This document shows positions 1 through 10,359 of a stretch of DNA of 64,000 bases, in pieces. Every line of letters starts with the position of its first letter. The first letter of the stretch is position 1. The position numbers and the translations under genes are program-made. The notes under the pieces are model-generated. The model was not told the origin of the DNA and did no database searches. It was given only the letters and a program-made list of their open reading frames with translations. Origin of the DNA: Bacilli bacterium (GTDB lineage Bacteria > Bacillota_I > Bacilli_A > RF39 > UBA660); the NCBI GenBank assembly GCA_017442305.1, contig JAFRZY010000006.1:41538-105537 (forward strand), given 5' to 3'.

Positions 1-903
1 ATAAATAAAATTACTAACATCATGAAAGACATTATAACTTGGATAGCGTAACTAGAAAATACTACCATATTACTAAATATTTCAATTTTATCTAACATAG
101 CAGCTTCATTAATTAAATAAGTACCAACCCAGTAAATGGCTAGTGATACTGAAGACATTATTGTCGACATTACTGGACTCATTATAGCCATTGCTTTTTG
201 AGTAAAAAGATTTGTTTCGGTAAGTTCACTATTAGCTTTTTCGAAACGGGCATTTTGATATTCTTCTGCGTTGTACGCTCTTACTACTCTAATCCCAGTT
301 AAATTTTCTCTTGTAATTCTATTTAGATTATCAGTTAATGTTTGAATAATTTTAAACTTTGGTAAGACAACTATAATTAATATTGTAATTAAAATTAAAA
401 CTATTACTACTCCTACCGCTGTAATAATCGAAAATTCTATTCCTTTATTCGCTATTTTACTAAGGGCTATTATAGCCATTATAGGTGCTTTTATAAGCAT
501 TTGAATACCCATAACTATAAACATTCTAACTTGTCTAATATCATTAGTTGTTCTGGTAATCAAACTACTTGTAGAAAAGCTTTTTATTTCTGCTGCACTA
601 AATTCTCCTACTTTATTAAAAATACTTTTACGCAAAGTTTTAGCATAAGAAGAACCAATATGAGCCGCTAAATATCCAACAACTACTGCTGTAGCTAAAG
701 AACCCAAAGCACATAATAGCATAAATATACCTTCTTTTAAAATGTCAGACATCAGACTGCCTTCAGTTTGAACTAAAACAGTTATTTCAGACATATAATC
801 AGGTATTTTTAATTCTAGCCAGACATTTAAAACAATAAACACTATACTAAATAAAAAAAACAATACATCTTTTTTTGTTAATTTTTTTGCTAATTTAAAC
901 ATA
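1..903 (-). CDS. ABC transporter permease/ATPase, N-terminal transmembrane domain (partial; continues beyond window start)
   Basis: Absent from the ORF track because truncated. Manual translation of the minus strand from ATG at 901-903 (GGAGGG RBS just upstream) gives MFKLAKKLTKKDVLFFLFSIVFIV...GTYLINEAAMLDKIEIF, with several hydrophobic helices typical of an ABC exporter TMD. No stop before coordinate 1. Confidence 0.55.
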
Positions 904-1042
904 TTACCCTCCTATAAATTTTATTAAATTAATTATTTATCTATTCTTTACATCATTTTAAGTATAATTTATTTTCCCGAAGCAGTCAATCTAGCTAATA
1001 TTTATTTACATAATTAAATTTAAATATTGGGGTATCCTAAAA

Positions 1043-2509
1043 ATGGTGATAAATATGAAAAATAAAAGTATATGGCTTGATATTAAACAAAAAAATATAT
1101 GTAGAAGTTTAGATAAAGATATTGAAGTCGATGTTTTAATAATTGGTGGTGGTATAACTGGAATTAGTGCTGCCTATCAACTACAAAATAAAAATCTAAA
1201 AGTATGTTTAGTGGAACAAAATGAAATTGCATCGGGAGTTACTAGTAAAACAACCGGTAAGATATCTTATATTCAAGAAAATATATATTCTAAAATTTCT
1301 AAATACCATGGAATAGAAAAAGCTAAGTTGTATTTGAAATCTCAACTTTGGGCAACTGAAGAAATCAAAAAAATCATTAAAGAAAATAACATTGATTGTA
1401 ATTTAGAAAAAGTAAGATCATATGTTATTAATAATAATTCAGAAAAATACAAAGAAGAACTAACTATTTTAAAAAATATAGGAATTCATTTAAAAGAAAG
1501 TAAAACACTACCAAATAACGAAACTGTAACTAATGCTTTTTATGTAGAAGATACTTATGTATTTCATCCACTTAAGTATCTATATGCTTTAAAGAACGTA
1601 TGCCTAGATAACAATATTTTAATTTTTGAAAATACTAAAATAATTTCAATAAGGAAAGAAAAAGTTTTTTTGTGTAGAACTAGTAATGCCACTATTAAAG
1701 CCAAATATGTTGTTTTAGCACTACATTATCCCTATTTTTTATTTCCATTTATAATGCCTATAAAATCATATATAGAGCAATCTTATATCAAAGCAACACT
1801 AACTAATCAAAACCTTAATTTTAGTAGTATTACAATTACTAACCCAGTTAGTTCATTACGATATCACGAGGATAAAGATAAAATATATGAAATAAGTTTG
1901 GCAAATTCTCATATTACTTGTCTAAAAAATAATGATAAAAATAATTTTTCGGAATTAATAAACCAAAGCAAAAAAACTCCTATTTATATATGGAGTAATA
2001 ACGATATTATGACTAATGACGCAATTCCTTTTATCGGATCACTTAATAAAGAAAATAATCTATTAATTGGAACCGGTTATAATACTTGGGGAATGACTAA
2101 CGGCGTTTTAGCAGGAAAAATACTTTCGGATATTATTTTAAAAAAAGAAAATCAATTTATTAACTTATTTAATCCATTAAGAAAAATGAATATAGGTAAA
2201 ATTCTAAATTTCCCAATAATTGTTGGAAGTAACTGCTACTCTTTTCTTAAATCAAAATTAAAAAAACAAAAAAATTGGTATTCTGATAATGTTAGGTTCG
2301 AAAGTAGAGACGGAAAAAACATAGCAATCTATACTGATGAAAATAAAAAAGAACATATTGTTTACAACGTATGTCCTCACTTAAAATGCAGTTTGATTTT
2401 TAACGAATTAGAACGTACATGGGATTGTCCTTGTCACGGTTCTAGATTCGACATTGACGGTAATGTAATTGAAGGCCCAAGTAACTATAATATAACTTAT
2501 AAAGAATAA
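1043..2509 (+). CDS. FAD-dependent oxidoreductase with C-terminal Rieske [2Fe-2S] domain (YhfW-like)
   Basis: N-terminal dinucleotide fold DVLIIGGGITGISAAY. C-terminal Rieske motifs CPHLKC...CPCHGSRFD. Confidence 0.75.
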   Translation: MVINMKNKSIWLDIKQKNICRSLDKDIEVDVLIIGGGITGISAAYQLQNKNLKVCLVEQNEIASGVTSKTTGKISYIQENIYSKISKYHGIEKAKLYLKSQLWATEEIKKIIKENNIDCNLEKVRSYVINNNSEKYKEELTILKNIGIHLKESKTLPNNETVTNAFYVEDTYVFHPLKYLYALKNVCLDNNILIFENTKIISIRKEKVFLCRTSNATIKAKYVVLALHYPYFLFPFIMPIKSYIEQSYIKATLTNQNLNFSSITITNPVSSLRYHEDKDKIYEISLANSHITCLKNNDKNNFSELINQSKKTPIYIWSNNDIMTNDAIPFIGSLNKENNLLIGTGYNTWGMTNGVLAGKILSDIILKKENQFINLFNPLRKMNIGKILNFPIIVGSNCYSFLKSKLKKQKNWYSDNVRFESRDGKNIAIYTDENKKEHIVYNVCPHLKCSLIFNELERTWDCPCHGSRFDIDGNVIEGPSNYNITYKE

Positions 2510-2517
2510 CTTTACAG

Positions 2518-2847
2518 TTATTCTTTTTCTTGTACAGATTCTAAATATATTTTTTTTGTAAAGGCACCTCGTTTTTCAGCTTTCTTTTTGGCTATTTGTA
2601 AAATCGTTTCAATATTAACAGCTTCTATTTTCGCTAAAGCTTTCATTACTTCTATTAAATCTGCTAATTCTTCTAAACGATCAGTTCCAGAGGCAGAAAT
2701 GACTTCTAAACATTCTTCTTGTAACTTTTTTTCTAGTTCTTTTTTATATTCAACATCATCTAAAATTCTTACTATTGGTTCTTCACCATTATTTTTTATT
2801 ATTTCCGGTATTTTATCTCTTACCAATTTACCATATTTATTTGACAT
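2518..2847 (-). CDS. small all-alpha NTP pyrophosphohydrolase (MazG/HisE-like)
   Basis: 109 aa, helical and acid-rich (EEL..E..KALAK.E). Pattern resembles small MazG-type house-cleaning pyrophosphatases. Weak call. Confidence 0.4.
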   Translation of the reverse strand: MSNKYGKLVRDKIPEIIKNNGEEPIVRILDDVEYKKELEKKLQEECLEVISASGTDRLEELADLIEVMKALAKIEAVNIETILQIAKKKAEKRGAFTKKIYLESVQEKE

Positions 2848-2855
2848 AAGCTCTC

Positions 2856-3188
2856 CTATTCTTTAGGCAAATCAATATTAGAAATTGCCCCTAAATCATA
2901 TGTTTTATATCCTAAGTTTTCTAATATATCGCTTGCTATTTTACTGCGATTTCCACTTTTACAATAAACAAATATTAGTTTTTCTTTGTCTAGATCAACA
3001 TCTTCATCTATTTCATCAAACGGAATATTTATAGCCCCTACTAAATGTAAAGATTCATATTCAGCTGGAGTTCTTACATCTACTATTATATGATCATTTT
3101 CATGCATTAACTTATTTAAATCAGGCTCTTCTATTTTTGTACATCCGACTAAAATAAAAATAATTAATATTAACAATATTTTTTTCAT
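2856..3188 (-). CDS. rhodanese-domain lipoprotein
   Basis: Signal peptide with lipobox LVGC. Rhodanese active-site loop YCKSGNRS. Confidence 0.75.
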   Translation of the reverse strand: MKKILLILIIFILVGCTKIEEPDLNKLMHENDHIIVDVRTPAEYESLHLVGAINIPFDEIDEDVDLDKEKLIFVYCKSGNRSKIASDILENLGYKTYDLGAISNIDLPKE

Positions 3189-3242
3189 AGCATCACCTAA
3201 TATGATTATAACACAAAAAATGGATTTAATTTAAATCCATTT

Positions 3243-3761
3243 TTAATATCCTTTTGAACCTTCTAAGGATTCATCATTTTCTATATATTCACTTACAAAA
3301 ATATGACGATATTTTTCTTTTGAATCTCTAATATAAATATCTTTGATTCCTGCATTTATAATCATTCTTTTGCATAAAGCACAAGGATTTGAGTTTTCAA
3401 CATAACTACCATCATTATGATTTTTACCACACAAGAATAATGTAGAATCAATCATTTTATTACGCTCAGCACTTATTATAGCATTTTGTTCAGCATGAAC
3501 ACTACGACATAGTTCATAACGTTCGCCTTTAGGAACATTTAATTTTTCTCTAATACAGGAATCTAGTTCACAACAATTTTTTCTACCTCTAGGAGCACCA
3601 GCATAACCAGTAGAAATTATTTCGTCATTTTTAACAATAACTGCACCATAATTTCTTCTTATACATGTTGAACGTTCTAGAGCAACTTCTGCCATATCTA
3701 AATAATAATTAATCTTATCAATTCTTTTCATTACTACCTCACTACTTTTTCTTAAATCCAT
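3243..3761 (-). CDS. dCMP deaminase (ComEB-like cytidine/deoxycytidylate deaminase)
   Basis: Zinc-binding motifs HAEQNAI and PCALCKRMIINAGI. Confidence 0.8.
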   Translation of the reverse strand: MDLRKSSEVVMKRIDKINYYLDMAEVALERSTCIRRNYGAVIVKNDEIISTGYAGAPRGRKNCCELDSCIREKLNVPKGERYELCRSVHAEQNAIISAERNKMIDSTLFLCGKNHNDGSYVENSNPCALCKRMIINAGIKDIYIRDSKEKYRHIFVSEYIENDESLEGSKGY

Positions 3762-3784
3762 TATATCACAAAAATTTTATTATT

Positions 3785-4669
3785 TTAATGATGATGATGT
3801 TTTATTGAACCCATCTTTGGCGGTTTACAATCTTTTTCTAAACATTCTTCTCCAGTTAGCTCATATTCAATGGTTGTATGAAAAACACCGTGTTCACTAA
3901 GCTCTTGTTTTACTGTTTCTTTTAATTTTTTAGAAAGTTTATTTACAACAATGTGCATAGTTGCATAGTTATTAACACCATCAATTGTCCATATATGAAT
4001 ATGATGAATATCTTTTATACCTTTAATAGCTAATAAATGTTTTTTTAAATCACTAATGCTTATTCCATCGGGAATTTTTTCTAAGAAAATATCGACAACA
4101 TTCTTTAAGTTTTTTAAAGCATTAATTAAAATAAAAATTGCCACCCCAATCGAAAGAAGGGAATCAATAATTTTAATATCGGTAAAACGCATTATTATAG
4201 CACCCACTAAAACAATCGCCCAATTTAAAACATCTTCTAGCATATGCAAATTTACAGATTTTTGATTTAAAGAATCTCCATCTTTTGTGTAATAAGATGC
4301 TAATAAGTTTACTATTATTCCCACTATTGCTAAGATAATCATCCCATTATAATTTATTGGAATTGGAAAAAATAATCTTTTAACTGCGTTAATTATAACT
4401 AAAATAGACCCTACTATTAAAATGCTTGTAGTAATAACACTACCAATTATTGAATATCTTACATAGCCATAAGTATATATATCATCCGGTTTCTTTTTGC
4501 TTATTCTTTCTAAAACAAAAGAAATAAAAATGCTTAAACAATCCCCTAAATCATGAATTGCATCAGATAATATCGCTACACTGTTAGTTATTGCTCCACC
4601 TATAAACTCAAAAATTGAAAACAATAAATTTAAAATAAACGCTATTAATATATTTTTTTCTGATTTCAT
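3785..4669 (-). CDS. cation diffusion facilitator (CDF) family metal efflux transporter
   Basis: Six TM helices, cytoplasmic C-terminal domain, His-rich tail (HHHH). CDF signature region SDAIHDLGDCLSIFISF. Confidence 0.85.
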   Translation of the reverse strand: MKSEKNILIAFILNLLFSIFEFIGGAITNSVAILSDAIHDLGDCLSIFISFVLERISKKKPDDIYTYGYVRYSIIGSVITTSILIVGSILVIINAVKRLFFPIPINYNGMIILAIVGIIVNLLASYYTKDGDSLNQKSVNLHMLEDVLNWAIVLVGAIIMRFTDIKIIDSLLSIGVAIFILINALKNLKNVVDIFLEKIPDGISISDLKKHLLAIKGIKDIHHIHIWTIDGVNNYATMHIVVNKLSKKLKETVKQELSEHGVFHTTIEYELTGEECLEKDCKPPKMGSIKHHHH

Positions 4670-4679
4670 AAATACTCCT

Positions 4680-5672
4680 TTATCTTGTTATATTATCTTT
4701 TTTATTTAATTCACGCTCATAAACAGTTTTTAAAAAGTCTACTATATTACTATTGCTTAAATAATCGGTATCTATTTCATCAAAAATTGCACTAGAATTA
4801 TTAAGTCTTCTAATAGCTAAAAACAAATCTTTTATTACTTCTAAATTAGGATAGATATTTTCTAACAACTTTATTTTAGCAATATTATTTTGAGCTTTAG
4901 CTTGTATATATATTGTAGTGATATAAACTAATTTTTTATATAGTTCAAATTTATTTTCGCCACTTAATTTATACGTTTCTAATAATAATCCTTTTAGTTC
5001 TTCGTCATTTTTTATTTCGATTTCCTGTTCATTAATCATAACAACGTAATGACAATCATCAGGATTTTCTCCTTTAAAAACGAATTTAATATTATCTTCA
5101 TAATATTCTCGAAGTAAGAAAATCATACTTACTATATCTTTATTTTTTGGTAAAGATTTAACCTCAGCATAAAACGTATATTTTTGATTAATTAATTCTT
5201 TTTCTTCATCCGTATTTGCTTCACTTAATTCTTTTAAATAAGTCATCATGATTAAATATATACGATTATTACCACCCATAATATAACATTTGCCATCTGA
5301 ATCGCGATTTAATTCAATTGGTGTATCATGCGTTGCGTAATTAGGTGATTGATTTTTTTGTTTTAGAGTTTCACTATAATAAGAAGGATTTTGATAAAAC
5401 ATCCGAACATTTTCATCTCCCCGCTTACTTTTTATAAATGACTCTAAAAAAGTTAAATCTTCGTATGTAGGATGTGACGTTCCAACAATATCTTTTAAAC
5501 AAAATGGTAATATAAAAGCTTGTGTATAAACACTTGAATATAAGAAATCTTTTTCCTCTTTGGTAAGTTCAAAAGCATAAGACTTATTTACTTTTGCAAA
5601 TTCTTTAGGTAAATTTTCTAAATCTATTCCTACATGATTTAAAAATTTTAATTTTGTTTCACTTATTTCCAT
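4680..5672 (-). CDS. hypothetical protein (330 aa), co-operonic with the DUF3841-like gene
   Basis: Long ORF with a 15-nt gap to the upstream gene. No confident family. Weak DGxxR-like GGNNR segment. Confidence 0.5.
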   Translation of the reverse strand: MEISETKLKFLNHVGIDLENLPKEFAKVNKSYAFELTKEEKDFLYSSVYTQAFILPFCLKDIVGTSHPTYEDLTFLESFIKSKRGDENVRMFYQNPSYYSETLKQKNQSPNYATHDTPIELNRDSDGKCYIMGGNNRIYLIMMTYLKELSEANTDEEKELINQKYTFYAEVKSLPKNKDIVSMIFLLREYYEDNIKFVFKGENPDDCHYVVMINEQEIEIKNDEELKGLLLETYKLSGENKFELYKKLVYITTIYIQAKAQNNIAKIKLLENIYPNLEVIKDLFLAIRRLNNSSAIFDEIDTDYLSNSNIVDFLKTVYERELNKKDNITR

Positions 5673-5687
5673 GTTTTAAAACTCCCA

Positions 5688-6359
5688 TTATAAATGTTGA
5701 TAATAATCTTCAATCCAATTAAACCTTTCGCCATTACTTCTTATATAATTATATGATCCATAGGTATACCCATCTTCTTTTAAGAATTCAATTTTTTCTA
5801 TGTCTTCTAAGTTTATACGCCAGATACATCCCTGTAAAATATCTCCATTATTTGTAATACATTTATCAAAACTTTTTCGTATTTCTTTACAAACCTCTAA
5901 AAATTCATTATCTGTACGATGATTTTCATATTTGTCTTTTCGTACATATGCTTTTAAATCATCTGAGGTAATATTATATTTAATCAATTTTTTGGCAAAT
6001 TCATTTTTATCTTTTAGATTATTAGGTATATAAGTATTGTTTAATATAAAAGAAAATAATCTATAATCGGTAATAAATACTTCTTTAACATCTTTATTAA
6101 AAGTAATTTTCACATCAAATCCCACTACTTTATTTCCCTTATGTTTTGGTGGGCAATTACCTTTTTTGCATTTTACCCAACACCACACAGGATATTTTGC
6201 ATTAGAAAAATTTTTTATTTGTTGATTCATTTTTTCTATAATCCAATCATAAGCATATCCGGATTTTTTTAAATTAATAAAATCTGGGTTACATTCTAGA
6301 TAACCTTTATACATTAAATTTTTTAATGCATCCATAGATTGAAAGGTAACTAATTTCAT
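5688..6359 (-). CDS. DUF3841-like hypothetical protein
   Basis: N-terminus MKLVTFQS..., ~220 aa with Cys/Trp-rich core. Resembles the DUF3841 family by pattern memory only. Confidence 0.45.
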   Translation of the reverse strand: MKLVTFQSMDALKNLMYKGYLECNPDFINLKKSGYAYDWIIEKMNQQIKNFSNAKYPVWCWVKCKKGNCPPKHKGNKVVGFDVKITFNKDVKEVFITDYRLFSFILNNTYIPNNLKDKNEFAKKLIKYNITSDDLKAYVRKDKYENHRTDNEFLEVCKEIRKSFDKCITNNGDILQGCIWRINLEDIEKIEFLKEDGYTYGSYNYIRSNGERFNWIEDYYQHL

Positions 6360-6394
6360 AATACCACCTACTTTAATTTTAACATAGTAAATTT

Positions 6395-6433
6395 AAAAAA
6401 ACAAAAAAAGTGAAACTGAATTTCAGTTTCACT
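6395..6433 (-). terminator. rho-independent terminator downstream of tRNA-His
   Basis: Hairpin AGTGAAACTGAA/TTCAGTTTCACT followed by a T-tract on the minus strand. Confidence 0.6.
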
Positions 6434-6445
6434 TAATCATCCTAA

Positions 6446-6522
6446 TGGGGCGAAATGTGGGAATCGAACCCACGCATAACAGAGCCACAATCTGCCGTGT
6501 TAACCACTTCACCAATTCCGCC
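6446..6522 (-). tRNA. tRNA-His (anticodon GTG) with G-1 and encoded CCA
   Basis: Manual fold: acceptor GCGGAAT/ATTTCGC plus extra 5' G pairing with discriminator C; anticodon loop TTGTGGC; T-arm GTGGGTTCGATTCCCAC. Near-identical to B. subtilis tRNA-His in the anticodon arm. Confidence 0.85.
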
Positions 6523-6594
6523 ATAAGAACATTAATAGAATATCAAATTTTTTACTAAATTGCAAGTAGTAATAACTATCAAAAAGAATTAGAC

Positions 6595-6909
6595 TTAATC
6601 TAATTCTTTTTTTGACTTATTCATTTTAGTTAAGGCTTGATTTATTTTTTGTTCTTCAGCTTCTTCTAAAGAATACCAACCATTATTAAACGCTAACTCA
6701 TAAGCTTCTCTAGCCTTATTTTTTGTCTCATTAAAAATTTTAAACACCTCTTTAAATAAGTATTTATTACTCATCTCATCAATTGCTATAGAATAATTAT
6801 TACTAACATTTTTTAATGTTAATAAAACATCATTTAAAATATCTTTATCATTCATTTCTTTAGTTGATGGTACTTCTTTCATTTTACATTCTATTTTTTT
6901 ATTATTCAT
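6595..6909 (-). CDS. spore coat protein F-like (Coat_F domain)
   Basis: Pattern D.L...L...K.....Y..A..E..N..L...F..........A...Y......GWY, typical of the CotF/YraF family. Confidence 0.45.
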   Translation of the reverse strand: MNNKKIECKMKEVPSTKEMNDKDILNDVLLTLKNVSNNYSIAIDEMSNKYLFKEVFKIFNETKNKAREAYELAFNNGWYSLEEAEEQKINQALTKMNKSKKELD

Positions 6910-6915
6910 AAATTC

Positions 6916-7119
6916 TTATCCTTCCTTTAACATATCTAATAATTGGTTATAATGGTTAGTATGCATTTTGGCAATACTAGAAATAAGTTTTTTTATTTCT
7001 TTATTACTAACCATATTTTTGTACATATGACATTTTTTAGAATAAATCATATTCCAATTTAACATATCTTCAATATAGGATAAATCTTTAGTTGATATAA
7101 TCTTAGGTATTTCATTCAT
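6916..7119 (-). CDS. small hypothetical protein, possibly a second Coat_F-like partner
   Basis: 67 aa, immediately adjacent to the CotF-like gene. Paired small Coat_F genes are common in spore formers. Confidence 0.35.
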   Translation of the reverse strand: MNEIPKIISTKDLSYIEDMLNWNMIYSKKCHMYKNMVSNKEIKKLISSIAKMHTNHYNQLLDMLKEG

Positions 7120-7209
7120 AAAATCTTTCCTTTCATTGTTAGTATGGAATAAATTTAGTTAAATAAACTAAAAACTTGCTGAAACAATAAAAATATTCTA
7201 AAATAATTA

Positions 7210-7473
7210 ATGGTGATTTTGATGGACTTAGATAAATTAATTAATAACGCAATTAATGACAATAGTTTAGTAAAAATAAATAGCAATATTTATTTAACTA
7301 AATATCAAATAGCAATACTAGATAGATTTCATATTGAATATAATAATTGTAGTGATATTAAAGAAATTTTATTTTTAATTGATGAATATTTGGAAAGTGA
7401 ATATGAAGAAGAATTAGATGAACTTGCCAAAAATTTACAGGAATTTAGTTACTATAACTTTACACATAAATAA
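7210..7473 (+). CDS. hypothetical protein (87 aa)
   Basis: ORF only. Confidence 0.3.
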   Translation: MVILMDLDKLINNAINDNSLVKINSNIYLTKYQIAILDRFHIEYNNCSDIKEILFLIDEYLESEYEEELDELAKNLQEFSYYNFTHK

Positions 7474-7538
7474 CATTTTTATTTAAAAATCATAAATTTT
7501 ATGTTAATATATTTAATACACAAAAAGGAGATGTACAT

Positions 7539-8258
7539 ATGGCTGAAAGTTTATATACAATTAAAAGAGATAGTATTTGTGTAGGAAAGGTTATTACAAA
7601 TTTTACAATTTTAGATAATAAACATAATTTACTTGGTAAACCTATGAGTTTAGGAGAATATTCAGAATGTAGAAGCATGCTTTTCGCTTCTAATGAAGGT
7701 GGATTTGCTGAAGACTTATTATACTCTACTCCACAATATCCTATATTTCGCGAATGTAATGATGTGGTCTGTAAGCAAGCTAAATTTATGATAATTGATC
7801 CTGTTAACATGGGAAAATTTCTAAAAGCAGTTGGATATGAAGAAGATGTTGAATATTTAGATGTTGAAAGAATTAGAAATAGATACTTCAAAAGATTTTA
7901 TACCACAACTCACGCAGAAGAATTTGGAATGACTGAGGTTGATATTGATATTCAATTAGCTAATGAATTAAGTCAAATGAAAAATTTAACAGAAGAACAA
8001 ATTGCATGCTATAAAAGATTAAGAAAATTTCAAAACTTTTTTGGGTTAAGAAGTCAATACGAATATTCACAAGCTATTCAAGAAACTCCATTAACTGAAA
8101 TCAGTAAATTCTTTTTACCACCAGAGTATTTTGAAATACTAAGAAAATATGGAGATAGATCAATATTTGAATTATATTTTGGATATGCTGATAAAATGAA
8201 TTCATTTAAGCCTATTAAAGAAGAAGGTCCAATTAGAAGTTTAAAAAAATACAATTAA
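7539..8258 (+). CDS. hypothetical protein (239 aa)
   Basis: Good RBS AAAGGAG upstream of ATG. No recognisable family. Confidence 0.5.
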   Translation: MAESLYTIKRDSICVGKVITNFTILDNKHNLLGKPMSLGEYSECRSMLFASNEGGFAEDLLYSTPQYPIFRECNDVVCKQAKFMIIDPVNMGKFLKAVGYEEDVEYLDVERIRNRYFKRFYTTTHAEEFGMTEVDIDIQLANELSQMKNLTEEQIACYKRLRKFQNFFGLRSQYEYSQAIQETPLTEISKFFLPPEYFEILRKYGDRSIFELYFGYADKMNSFKPIKEEGPIRSLKKYN

Positions 8259-8280
8259 TATAATTAATTGTATTTTTTAT

Positions 8281-9354
8281 TTATTTTAAATAAGAATCTA
8301 ATGGTTTTACACGATATTTTGGATCATCCATTTGACTAGTAGGAATAAATCCTGGTTTAGCATTTATTACATCAGGAATTCTATTTACAATATCAGCACA
8401 TGTAAGTTCTACTGTACAAGGTCTATCTACTACGACGCTTGTATCTGGTTCTCCATAAACTGTCCATTCGTTTTTATCAAATACATCCGGCGCATATACT
8501 TTTCCAATACACTCTGCTTCTAAAATTATTCCTTCTTTTGTCTCCGCTTTAACTACAGCGCTCATACCAATTGCCAATCCAGCTTTAATATCCATTTGTA
8601 AAGTTTCTGAATGTAAATCCTCTTCATAAGTAATTGGAACACATTTTTGACTTATTGATTCAATTGTTAAATTTAATTTATCAGCTAACCATCCTACTGT
8701 ATTCCACATATATGATGGTAAAAATTCACGATTATTAATTAAATTATTTCTTTCTTCTGTACTAATATTATCAGCAGCAGCAACTTCCCTTTCGAATTCT
8801 TCTAAAGTTAAACCTGCGCCATGAGCTTTGGCAAGAGCAATACCATAGTCTTCTACATTATAAGAAGAACTTCCCTTTATTTTAGTTATACGATGAGTAC
8901 TTCCTGCTAAAACTGTGATTAAATTACCCCAGAAAATATCTTGATAACCACAACCAGTTATTGTACAGTTATTTGCTTTAGCAAGTAAATCTAATTCTTT
9001 GTGTAGCGTTGGATTACTATTACTTGAGAAGAATGCTTCTTCGCATGTTGTAATAGCATTTACTCCGTTACTTGCACATACTCTTAAAACATCTTCAATG
9101 TCATTTAATAAACTCATTGTTGTAACAATTGCGATGTCTGGTTTAGTATTTTCTAAAACTGTATTTAGATTCTCTACTAAATCAATTTTTACTCCTTTAT
9201 TATCGCCACCCATAACGTAAGCGATATCTTTTCCAATTACTTCTGGGTTAATATCAACTGCCCCTACTATTTCAGCCCCCTTTTCGTAAACATAACGCAT
9301 AGTATATTTACTCATTTTTCCACAACCAATTTGCACTACTTTAATCTTTGTCAT
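8281..9354 (-). CDS. NAD(P)-binding dehydrogenase with DapB-N-like Rossmann fold (amine dehydrogenase / 2,4-diaminopentanoate dehydrogenase-like)
   Basis: N-terminal [14 protein letters not shown] Rossmann motif; ~350 aa architecture like the Ord/Kdd amine dehydrogenase family. Overlaps the upstream AAA gene by 14 nt. Confidence 0.4.
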   Translation of the reverse strand: MTKIKVVQIGCGKMSKYTMRYVYEKGAEIVGAVDINPEVIGKDIAYVMGGDNKGVKIDLVENLNTVLENTKPDIAIVTTMSLLNDIEDVLRVCASNGVNAITTCEEAFFSSNSNPTLHKELDLLAKANNCTITGCGYQDIFWGNLITVLAGSTHRITKIKGSSSYNVEDYGIALAKAHGAGLTLEEFEREVAAADNISTEERNNLINNREFLPSYMWNTVGWLADKLNLTIESISQKCVPITYEEDLHSETLQMDIKAGLAIGMSAVVKAETKEGIILEAECIGKVYAPDVFDKNEWTVYGEPDTSVVVDRPCTVELTCADIVNRIPDVINAKPGFIPTSQMDDPKYRVKPLDSYLK

Positions 9355-10270
9355 TTAAATCAACTCCTTCATTTTTTATTATGTCTGCAAATTCAATTTT
9401 AAATCTTTCAATTTCTTTTCTTTTAGCATCTTCATATATATTCTTAGCATTACATATAGCTTTATAAAAATGTTTTAATGTTACTGTTTTACTATTGTCA
9501 TATAATGCATAAGTAAACGCATTTGCAACTATTGTAAGGCATATATCTGGATAACGACTAGCTATTTCGTATACTCTTTTATATTCATCAGTCATTTCTA
9601 CAATAAAAGCCATGATCTTTTCTGCTATAAATTCCGTATATCCTAACTTGACCCCAATTTGTTTTTCGAGTTTCGGAATCGTTCCCATTAATATTTTGAC
9701 AACAGTTGGTTTATTAGCTTCTAGCACTTCTATTTTTTGGAATCTTCGTAGAAACGCTCTATCCCTTAAAATATATTGTTCATATTCTTCAGTAGTAGTA
9801 GCTCCAATCATTTTGATTGTTCCTCTATCTAAACCTGCTTTTAACATATTAGCAAAGTCCATTCCACCACTTCTATTTACTAACAAGTGTGTCTCATCTA
9901 TAAAAAGAATCGTTTTATTCTTAGTAGCTAATTCTTTAACTAGTAAATCAACTTTACTATCTACTTGTCCTTCACTTACGGCTTGCCCCAATAAACTAGT
10001 TATATTAAGTTTGATGATTTCCCAATCTTTCAGGGCATCCGGTACTAAATTGTTTTTTATGCGATACGCTAGTCCTTCAACAATGGCAGTTTTACCTATA
10101 CCAGGTTTACCAACTAAAAGAGCACTTTTTTCTGGAGTTAAAAGAGTCAATATAGCTTGTTTGATTTCATCATCACGAGCTATAGCAGGATCTGTAATGT
10201 ATTCCTTAATTGTTAAGTTTTCACCATATCTTTCTAACATACTAATTCTTTCATTATCCATAAGTATCAC
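9341..10270 (-). CDS. standalone AAA+ ATPase resembling the Clp/Hsp100 D1 module
   Basis: LERYGENLT...DP.IARDDEI entry motif; Walker A GKPGIGKT; Walker B ILFIDETH; sensor-1 GATT; Arg finger RRFQ. No Clp N-domain or D2. Pore-loop KYRGE replaced by VSEGQ. Confidence 0.7.
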   Translation of the reverse strand: MILMDNERISMLERYGENLTIKEYITDPAIARDDEIKQAILTLLTPEKSALLVGKPGIGKTAIVEGLAYRIKNNLVPDALKDWEIIKLNITSLLGQAVSEGQVDSKVDLLVKELATKNKTILFIDETHLLVNRSGGMDFANMLKAGLDRGTIKMIGATTTEEYEQYILRDRAFLRRFQKIEVLEANKPTVVKILMGTIPKLEKQIGVKLGYTEFIAEKIMAFIVEMTDEYKRVYEIASRYPDICLTIVANAFTYALYDNSKTVTLKHFYKAICNAKNIYEDAKRKEIERFKIEFADIIKNEGVDLNDKD

Positions 10271-10359
10271 ATCCTATAATAAAATTATAGCATTTTACAA
10301 AATAATTTTAAATAAAATTGCTATAAGTTGACAATTTATACATACTAAAAGACAGTAAT

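Noticed and set aside
2588-2866. Track ORFs lying antisense inside well-supported genes (e.g. 2588-2866, 4056-4265, 7499-7891, 8332-8523, 8999-9220, 9612-10331, 10385-10579, 11801-13068 set, 20893-21426, 23610-23936, 37420-37722, 44221-45905 set, 46308-47691 set, 52528-52854, 56316-58389 set, 60827-62434 set)
   Set aside because: These are low-complexity, Ser/Leu/Phe-rich translations typical of the reverse strand of AT-rich coding DNA. Each is fully contained in a gene with strong homology-based support. They have no RBS or conserved motifs.
4680-5672. ParB/Srx-like nuclease call for the 330-aa protein based on GGNNR
   Set aside because: The motif deviates from DGQ(Q/H)R at the key positions and no other ParB-fold landmarks were recognised. 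Left as hypothetical.
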